Of a DNA stretch of 64,000 bases, positions 57,536 to 64,000 are shown in pieces. Positions within the stretch are counted from its first letter, which is position 1, and the number at the start of each line of letters is the position of its first letter. The position numbers and the translations under genes were made by a program. The DNA comes from an uncultured Acidobacteriaceae bacterium (GTDB lineage Bacteria > Acidobacteriota > Terriglobia > Terriglobales > Acidobacteriaceae), in NCBI GenBank assembly GCA_963753715.1, contig CAVWDK010000010.1, forward strand, positions 61,564 to 125,563, written 5' to 3'. The notes beneath the pieces are model-generated. The model saw only the letters and a list, made by a program, of their open reading frames with translations, was not told the DNA's origin and searched no databases.

Positions 57536-57808
57536 AACATGTTTCCAGGAAAGGCCTGTAGAACCGCAGATCCCTCGGCTTCGCTTGATGACAAGGAGAG
57601 GGGTGGCGTTTCCATCCCACAGTGGCTGCTGGTGGAGTGAACTGCAGATCCCTCCCCTCCGCTTCGCTTCGGTCCCACGGCACGCCGGGGCAGGCGGGAT
57701 GACAAGGAGAGGGCGATGGGTTCCAAAAAGTGTGGTTGCCGGACCGATAATTTTTTTCATCAACTACGGCCCACCAACACTCGGGATGACAAAGGAAAGG
57801 TGAATGGC
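57536..57808. repeat. Cluster of REP-like units
   Basis: The units are ...CCGCAGATCCCTCGGCTTCGCTTGATGACAAGGAGAGG (about 57543-57600), GAACTGCAGATCCCTCCCCTCCGCTTCGCTTCGG (about 57637-57672), CCCACGGCACGCCGGGGCAGGCGGGATGACAAGGAGAGG (about 57674-57712) and CGGGATGACAAAGGAAAGG (about 57781-57800). These are the same families as at 2.3-2.7, 18.0-18.3 and 32.2-32.4 kb. Confidence 0.75.
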
Positions 57809-57897
57809 TTTATAGAGAATGGTTGCGCACCCACGGGCTGATGCTGGCCGCAAGTTATACGTTTTCGCTGAAAAGCTGAGAGGAAAAGACTGTTCCC

Positions 57898-58986
57898 ATG
57901 AACCTTAGGAAAGTATCGCGCCGGGATTTGATGTTTGGGGCCGCCTCTACGGTGGCGGCAAGCGCTCTGCCTCTGAAGGCATTTCAAACTCCGGCTCCTG
58001 CCGATGGCGCGCCGCCCACACAGCAGCCTTATCCCGGCTCAACCCGGGCTAGCTGGATGCAGGATCCGCGTTACCGCTGGGGCGTCATGACGCACTATCT
58101 CGCGGATTGGCAAGCGCGCTCTCACCAGCTCGAGATGAACCCAGGTCTCTGGAACAAACTCGTGGACGGTTTCGATGTTGAGGGTATGGCCAAACGCCTG
58201 GAATCCGTCGGCGCCGGCCATTATCAGATCAGCATCGGCCAGAACTCCGGCTACTACCTTTCTCCGAACGCCGCGTACGACAAAATCACGGGCATCCAAC
58301 CGACCAAGTGTTCCCATCGGGACCTGGTGGCGGATTTCTACGAGCCCCTACGGCAGCGCGATATCAAGCTCATGGTTTATCTGCCGTCCGGTGCACCGGG
58401 TCAGGACAAAACCGCCATCGCGGCGCTCGAGTGGATAAACGGCCCTTACCCCAACAAAAATTTTCAACGCAAATGGGAACGCGTGATCGCGGAGTGGTCC
58501 GGCCGGTGGGGGCAAAAAGTAGTTGGCTGGTGGTTCGACGGTTGCTACTTCCCTAACTCGATGTATCGCTCGGCCGATGCGCCCAATTTCGCCAGCTTCG
58601 CTGCCGCCGCCCGTGCCGGCAACCCGGAATCCAGTGTCGCGTTCAACCCCGGGGTAGTCCTGCGCATCATCTCCATGAGCCCAGACGAAGACTTTACCGC
58701 TGGAGAAATTAACAACCCGGCATTGCTCACGGTGCGCCGTGAGCTTACGGGCCGCATGGACGGTACGCAAATTCACATGCTTAGTTTTCTCGGGGAAACC
58801 TGGGGCATGGGCAAGCCGCGCTTCACCACGGAGCAAATTATCGCCTTCACGAAGGAAATGACAGACCTCGGCGGATCTGTGACGTGGGACGTTCCGGTCG
58901 AACTTGACGGAACCATCACACAACCCTTCCTCGATCAACTGGCTGCTTTGGGCAAGGCGCTTCCGAAGAAGACCGCGACAGGATAG
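57898..58986 (+). CDS. Tat-exported putative glycoside hydrolase (distant alpha-L-fucosidase/GH29-like TIM barrel)
   Basis: It has a twin-arginine signal (MNLRKVSRRDLMFGAASTVAASA). The pattern 'RWGVMTHYLADW...GAGHYQISIGQNSGYY...HRDLVADFYEPLRQRDIKLMVYLP...VVGWWFDGCY' resembles the GH29 core arrangement, but this family call is tentative. Confidence 0.45.
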   Translation: MNLRKVSRRDLMFGAASTVAASALPLKAFQTPAPADGAPPTQQPYPGSTRASWMQDPRYRWGVMTHYLADWQARSHQLEMNPGLWNKLVDGFDVEGMAKRLESVGAGHYQISIGQNSGYYLSPNAAYDKITGIQPTKCSHRDLVADFYEPLRQRDIKLMVYLPSGAPGQDKTAIAALEWINGPYPNKNFQRKWERVIAEWSGRWGQKVVGWWFDGCYFPNSMYRSADAPNFASFAAAARAGNPESSVAFNPGVVLRIISMSPDEDFTAGEINNPALLTVRRELTGRMDGTQIHMLSFLGETWGMGKPRFTTEQIIAFTKEMTDLGGSVTWDVPVELDGTITQPFLDQLAALGKALPKKTATG

Positions 58987-59090
58987 AGCGGCCCACTGGC
59001 TAAACCATTGTGGGGATAGAGATAAGGCGAAGTCCCGGCCTAACCCTACCTCACTGGTGGGGAAGTGCCATTTCATCATATAGTTGTCGT

Positions 59091-59144
59091 TTGCTCAGAG
59101 TAAGATATTTTTTCTTGACAATCCTCTCCTGGGACACCTATACA
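59091..59144 (+). promoter_or_regulatory. Conserved promoter/operator block upstream of TonB-dependent receptor 2
   Basis: TTGCTCAGAGTAAGATATTTTT is followed by TTGACA (59115-59120), 18 nt and TATACA (59139-59144). This is a paralogous copy of 53812-53866. Confidence 0.55.
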
Positions 59145-59327
59145 GGACAGCGTCGCAAACCACAGGTTTTCTCCGTTCAGACCGCCTGTTCCCGGCTGGC
59201 AGGAGAGGCAGGTGGCGAATGCAACATGAGAGCAATGATGATCCCGCTGCCACGCTCTCCAAAGAATGTAGTGTGCACAAAGATTTTCAGGGTCACCTGT
59301 TTTGGGCTTAAAGCCTAGGAGGCAGTT

Positions 59328-62300
59328 GTGGGAAATTTTCTATCGAAAGCCATTACAGTCGGGAACACGCATTCCCGGTGCTATCCATTCAAAGCCAGTT
59401 ACACACGAATCAGCATGCCCATTCTGGTGTGCCTCGTGATGTTCATTACGTTCTGCGCCCTCGCGCACGCGCAGACTGTCGACGGCCAATTCAACGGCCA
59501 TGTCTACGATCAGAATGGCGCGATCGTGGCCGATGCCAATGTCTCCCTGGAAGATACGGCGACGCACCAGACCCGCACGACCAAGACGAATGGCGAAGGC
59601 CTGTACCAGTTTCCCCTGGTCCCGCCCGGAACGTATAACCTCACGGTCACTCAAACGGGTTTCGATACAGCCACGAGCGCCGGTCTCAAACTAGATGTGA
59701 ACCAGATCCTCACGCAGGATTTCAAGCTCGCAGTGGGCGCCACATCCCAGACGGTCAACGTGACGGCGACCGCCGAGATGCTCCAGGCTTCCACGGCTAA
59801 CCTTGGCGCCGTGGTCGAGCAGAAGACAGTGAACGAATTGCCGCTCAATGGCAGAAGTTTCTCTGCCCTGCTGACCCTGACTCCGGGATCGAATCCGGTC
59901 AACCAATCGCAAAACAGCACGGTCGGCTACGGTACCGGCTTTGGACCTCCAGGCATTCCGGGCTCGACCTTCGTTTTTCCCTCAACCCAGGGTCAATGGA
60001 ATCGCGAAAATCTCTATTATCTGGACGGGATCATCAACACGGCGGCGTTTGCCAGCACTTATGACCTGCCGCCAATCGCGGACACGATCCAGGAATTCAA
60101 GGTTCAATCGCATAACGACCAAGCCGAATATGGCAGCGTTCTCGGCGGAGTGGTTAACGTTGTCAGCAAATCCGGAACCAATAACTTTCACGGCGCGCTT
60201 TGGGAGTACCTGCGGAATAACGCGTTTGACTCGCGGAATCCCTTCACTGATTTCAAGTCGAACAAGCCGGCCCCACCGGCGTCGTTCCGGCAAAACGAGT
60301 ATGGCGGCGACTTCGGTGGTCCAGTCTGGATCCCCAAGCTCTACAACGGGAAGAATAAGACGTTCTTCTTCGTGGCCTATGAAGGCTGGCGATACCAGAA
60401 AGCAGTCGCATCTACCTACATCTCGCCGACGCCCGCGGAGTTATCCGGCGATTTCACGAATTCGTCCGTTGTCACCAGCACCGGCGCTCCTGCCCTTCTC
60501 TACGACCCTTTCACCACCACCGGTACGCCCGGAAATTACCATCGTAATTTGCTTGGCAACGGGCATGTTATTCCCCAGAGCATGATCAACCAGGGTGTGC
60601 TGACATTTTTGAAGGGTTACAGCGACGCGCCGAACTTTACGCCAGCCACGCCGGGCGGACCGAACACGATTTTGAACGCTGTCGGTACAAACAATGCCAA
60701 TGAGTTCACGGGACGAGTCGATCACAATTTCAGAGGCACCAACACGGTTTTCTTCCGCTACAGCTTTCTCGATGGAACCGCCGTCAACCCGAACTCGAGT
60801 CATGCAGCGAGTTCCTCAACCGCGGATAACAGAAACTTTGGCGGGGGGTATACCCATACTTTCCGACCGAATCTCCTTCTTGACGCGGCGCTTGGGTATT
60901 CGGGAAGATTCAGCGCGGTGACGTCTACGGTTTTTAACAGTGTTCCCAGCGGCGCCAACGACATCTTCACGGATGTGCAAAAGGTCTACGGTTTTCAGAA
61001 CTTCGGTTACTCTGCACCGACAGCTGCAACCGGGTACGGCGGGATCGGCGGCAGCGGACCAGCGGGGTCGGAAAGCCACGAATTGAACTTCGCGGTAAAT
61101 ATGACCTGGATTCACGGGAACCACCAAGTGCGCTTTGGATTCCAGGAACAGATACCTGAGATGACCCAGGGGCTTTCCGGCGGGCACTTTGGGGGCGCAA
61201 CGTTCACTTTCAACCCTGCGGAAACAGCCGACCCGCTAAATGCTTCGGCAACAGGGAATTCCATGGCGAGCGCCCTGATTGGCGTGCCGGACAATGGGCG
61301 CTTTCAAGCAGAAGTGAATGCCGTCCGGGTAGTTGCTCCCTCGGCTTACATCCAGGATGCCTGGAAAGTCACACCGCGGTTAACCCTCAATCTCGGATTG
61401 CGCTGGGACGGCGAGTCTTCCCCGCACCTGCTGAACGGAACGACCGCAGCCATGCTTGATCCGAACACCGGAAACTGGGTTGTTTCGGGCGGCAAATTGC
61501 CGCCACCCTGCGACGTCACCAAGGGCGTCTACGCTCCCTGCATCCCGTCGACTACCCCAGCAAATAACGCAATCATTGCCGCCCACGTCACCGTAGCCGC
61601 CAATCCGAATCTTGGGCCTGACGCCAGCTACACAGACGTGGGACCGCACATCGGCGTTGCGTACAAGGTCGATAACAACACCGTCGTTCGAGGTGGCTAT
61701 GCCCTGGTGTTCGATAATTCGATCAGCACCATCCAGACGGTGAGAGACCGGCTGTTAGCGTGGCCTTCCAATGCTTCGCTTCCCCTGGTGTTCAACGTCA
61801 TCGGGCAGCCGATCCAGACGATTGACCAGATCACCCCAACCATTTCGCAAACCAAGGCTTTGCCCACAGTGGCGACGCCATTTAATCAATTTGGCTGGTA
61901 TTACGATCCGCATTTGAAAAATCCTTATTCCCACACGTTCAACGTCGAAGTCCAACGGCAGGTGAATGCCAGCCTGGTGGCGACGGTCGGATACGTGGGG
62001 GCCATCGACAGAGACCAGCCGATCACGGGCTTGGCCAACAACTCTCCTGAGCCCGGCGGTCAGGGACTGGATCGTCCGTTCCCCTGGTCGGGAACGGCAT
62101 TGGAAGGTACCTCGCGCGGCTATGCTAATTACAACTCTCTGCAGGTAAAGGTCGACAAGCGCGCCAGCAATGGACTTAACTTCGGAACCGGCTTTACCTG
62201 GTCCAAGGCAATGGATGCCGGTGGAAGCGGTTTCTACGGCGTGGAGAACGGCCCGCAGGGCTACTCGGCCTATCAAAACTACAACGATCTGCAGGCTGAC

Positions 62301-62870
62301 TACGGTATCTCCGGGAATAGCATCAAGTTGCTCTGGTACGGCTATGGCCTTTACGAATTGCCCTTTGGACCCGGAAAGCCCTACCTCAACCACGGTATCG
62401 GCGGAGCAATTCTAGGCGGCTGGCAGACCAACCTCATCGCCTCCGCGCGCTCCGGAGTTCCGCTCGGCTTCCCTGACTCTGGAAAAGACCCAGCGGGCAT
62501 CGGTAACACGGGCACGTACAATTATGGCCGTGCCAATTTAACCGGTAATCCCAAACTTGGCCATCCGACAAAGAGTAAGTATTTCAACACCGCGGTGTTC
62601 GCTCACCCGGTCAATCAATACGGCACCTCCGGACGCGGTGTCATCACAGGCCCGAATTACGACAACTTCGACTTTTCACTGATTAAAAACATACCCATCC
62701 GTGAAGAAATTAGCTTCCAGTTCCGGGCGGAATTCTTCAATGTCTTCAATATCCAGAACTACAACACACCGGGGGTGACTTACGGAGGAACTGGCTTCGG
62801 CGTCATCAGCTCGCTGGCTTCTGGAGCTACGCCGCGGCAAATACAGTTCGCTGGAAGGATTCACTTCTAA
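59328..62870 (+). CDS. TonB-dependent receptor with a carboxypeptidase-regulatory-like N-domain (paralog 2)
   Basis: 1180-aa ORF, collinear with paralog 1 and roughly two-thirds identical to it by eye. GTG start with AGGAGG upstream, and the C-terminal 'FQFRAEFFNVFNIQNYN...RQIQFAGRIHF*'. Confidence 0.85.
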   Translation: MGNFLSKAITVGNTHSRCYPFKASYTRISMPILVCLVMFITFCALAHAQTVDGQFNGHVYDQNGAIVADANVSLEDTATHQTRTTKTNGEGLYQFPLVPPGTYNLTVTQTGFDTATSAGLKLDVNQILTQDFKLAVGATSQTVNVTATAEMLQASTANLGAVVEQKTVNELPLNGRSFSALLTLTPGSNPVNQSQNSTVGYGTGFGPPGIPGSTFVFPSTQGQWNRENLYYLDGIINTAAFASTYDLPPIADTIQEFKVQSHNDQAEYGSVLGGVVNVVSKSGTNNFHGALWEYLRNNAFDSRNPFTDFKSNKPAPPASFRQNEYGGDFGGPVWIPKLYNGKNKTFFFVAYEGWRYQKAVASTYISPTPAELSGDFTNSSVVTSTGAPALLYDPFTTTGTPGNYHRNLLGNGHVIPQSMINQGVLTFLKGYSDAPNFTPATPGGPNTILNAVGTNNANEFTGRVDHNFRGTNTVFFRYSFLDGTAVNPNSSHAASSSTADNRNFGGGYTHTFRPNLLLDAALGYSGRFSAVTSTVFNSVPSGANDIFTDVQKVYGFQNFGYSAPTAATGYGGIGGSGPAGSESHELNFAVNMTWIHGNHQVRFGFQEQIPEMTQGLSGGHFGGATFTFNPAETADPLNASATGNSMASALIGVPDNGRFQAEVNAVRVVAPSAYIQDAWKVTPRLTLNLGLRWDGESSPHLLNGTTAAMLDPNTGNWVVSGGKLPPPCDVTKGVYAPCIPSTTPANNAIIAAHVTVAANPNLGPDASYTDVGPHIGVAYKVDNNTVVRGGYALVFDNSISTIQTVRDRLLAWPSNASLPLVFNVIGQPIQTIDQITPTISQTKALPTVATPFNQFGWYYDPHLKNPYSHTFNVEVQRQVNASLVATVGYVGAIDRDQPITGLANNSPEPGGQGLDRPFPWSGTALEGTSRGYANYNSLQVKVDKRASNGLNFGTGFTWSKAMDAGGSGFYGVENGPQGYSAYQNYNDLQADYGISGNSIKLLWYGYGLYELPFGPGKPYLNHGIGGAILGGWQTNLIASARSGVPLGFPDSGKDPAGIGNTGTYNYGRANLTGNPKLGHPTKSKYFNTAVFAHPVNQYGTSGRGVITGPNYDNFDFSLIKNIPIREEISFQFRAEFFNVFNIQNYNTPGVTYGGTGFGVISSLASGATPRQIQFAGRIHF

Positions 62871-62904
62871 CCGACTTCAATGAATTTGCTGTCTATTGCC
62901 TCCA

Positions 62905-62956
62905 GGTCGCATCCGGAGTTTTCCAAGTCTCCAGATGCGACCTTCTTCTTAACTTC
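62905..62956 (+). terminator. Intrinsic terminator after receptor 2
   Basis: GGTCGCATCCGGAG ... CTCCAGATGCGACC forms a 14-bp stem with one mismatch and a 10-nt loop. It is followed by the T-rich TTCTTCTTAACTTCTT. Confidence 0.6.
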
Positions 62957-63123
62957 TTAACAAGAAAGGAAGGTAACGTTCGACTATTGCCTAGCATCGT
63001 CTTAACAACAATAATTGAGGCAGATAACAAAACGCGAACCAGGACCCTCCCTATGGTCGTTGGTCGGCGTAACAAACCATTCAGTGCCTATGAGAGCTGG
63101 AATGAATGGCTGAGGACTGACTA

Positions 63124-64000
63124 ATGACTGCTTCCGTCTCAGGTGTTGCGACCCATGTGGCCAAAGATGATCACGCTATCTCCGTTGCGCTCCTCAGGGA
63201 AATGCTGCGTATCCGAGAGCTTGAGCAACGCTCGCTTGAGTTGAGCACAACCACGCCTCCTGAAGTAGTTGGCTCCGCTCATTTCTGCGCCGGCCAGGAA
63301 GCAGTTCCCGTCGGCGCCGTTGCCGGTCTCGCCAAGGACGATCAGCTCGTTGCGACGTATCGCGGGCACGGATGGGCCTTAGCCTCCGGCCTCTCCCTGA
63401 CCGAAGTGTTTGGAGAGATTTGCCAACGCAGTATTGGCGTCAATGGTGGGCGCGGTGGCTCCGCCTACATGATGGCGCCCGACCGCCGCTTCATTGGCGA
63501 AAACTCCATCGTTGGGGCCGGCGTTCCCATCGCGTGCGGCGTTGCCATGGCCAACGTGGCTGCCCAAAACGGAAAAGTTGTCACCGTCTCCATCGGCGAC
63601 GGAGCCTTCAACCAGGGCTCGACCCACGAGGGGTTGGCCTTCGCGGCCGCTCGCAGCCTGCCTGTTCTTATCATCTGCGAGAACAATGGCTGGTCGGAAC
63701 TTACTCCCACTTCCCTGACCTTCAAAGTAGAACGCATTGCGCAAAGGGCGAGCGGTTACGGCATTCCTGGAGTGACCATTGACGGAGCCGACCCGCTCAT
63801 CGTGCGCGACACGGTAAAAGAAGCCGCGAAACGCGCCCGAGAGGGCCGAGGACCGGTGCTGATCGAGTGCCGCGTGCCCCGCTTGTGGGGCCACTACAAC
63901 CGCGACATCGAGCACTACCGTCCCAAGGAAGATCGAGACCAGGCGCGCGCGCGCGATCCGATCGCCACTTTTTCCAGCAAACTGATCGCTGCCGGGGTGC
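63124..64000 (+). CDS. Thiamine-diphosphate-dependent dehydrogenase E1 component, alpha subunit (5' part; runs off the right edge)
   Basis: ATG 63124, with the frame open to the window end. It has 'HFCAGQEAVPVG', 'YRGHGWALA' and the TPP motif 'IGDGAFNQGSTHEGLAFAAARSLPVLIICENNGW'. Confidence 0.85.
   Translation, partial: MTASVSGVATHVAKDDHAISVALLREMLRIRELEQRSLELSTTTPPEVVGSAHFCAGQEAVPVGAVAGLAKDDQLVATYRGHGWALASGLSLTEVFGEICQRSIGVNGGRGGSAYMMAPDRRFIGENSIVGAGVPIACGVAMANVAAQNGKVVTVSIGDGAFNQGSTHEGLAFAAARSLPVLIICENNGWSELTPTSLTFKVERIAQRASGYGIPGVTIDGADPLIVRDTVKEAAKRAREGRGPVLIECRVPRLWGHYNRDIEHYRPKEDRDQARARDPIATFSSKLIAAGV

Noticed and set aside
59150-59327. Cobalamin-riboswitch-like fragments in the receptor-2 leader (AGGAGA..GGTGGCGAATGC, CCCGCTGCCAC, TTCAGGGTCACCTG resembling a B12 box).
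   Set aside because: The highly conserved CCCGCCACTG core and the B12-box consensus are each only partly matched, and the required pairings could not be drawn by hand. The receptor is not BtuB-like. This needs an Infernal scan before any claim.

Overview
This is a GC-rich bacterial chromosomal window. Its gene content points to Acidobacteriota (Terriglobia-like): ADOP-type duplicated FtsX permeases with PadR partners, three ~1100-1200-aa CarboxypepD_reg-type TonB-dependent receptors, DUF1501, a CRTAC/ASPIC protein, and dense REP-like hairpin repeats in many intergenic regions. Layout: (i) 0-14 kb is mostly core or ordinary genes: DoxX, DUF1501, a fused E1 alpha/beta dehydrogenase, K+-independent H+-pyrophosphatase, S1/P1 nuclease, methyltransferase, an intact ADOP permease and a CBS protein. 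(ii) 14-32.7 kb is a decaying accessory stretch. It holds a TonB-dependent receptor and an ADOP permease, each broken by many frameshifts, a frameshifted terS-like gene and a 5'-truncated retron-type reverse transcriptase. It also holds intact regulators (2x PadR, LysR, YCII + ECF-like sigma, SpoIIE phosphatase) and hydrolases. Most of this stretch (18.6-32.2 kb) lies between two ~98%-identical ~510-bp direct repeats, each containing a TIR-bounded MITE-like core. (iii) 32.8-39.2 kb holds a SulP transporter, tRNA-Ser(CGA) and a sugar-acid-type cluster (SDR, IclR, split UxaA dehydratase, RraA-like). (iv) 39.2-50.5 kb is my best candidate for an undescribed system: a co-directional cluster of six exported proteins, namely a PQQ dehydrogenase with an internal cytochrome c module, a TIM-barrel::ThuA fusion, a TPR::octahaem cytochrome, CRTAC, a pentahaem::TPR cytochrome and a small Cys-containing protein. 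(v) 50.6-64 kb holds VOC, an enolase-superfamily enzyme, a TPR protein, two paralogous TonB-dependent receptor cassettes with conserved promoter/leader flanking a Tat-exported glycosidase-like protein, and a partial E1-alpha gene. I saw no CRISPR array, rRNA, integrase or transposase. All family calls come from motif recognition by eye, not from searches.
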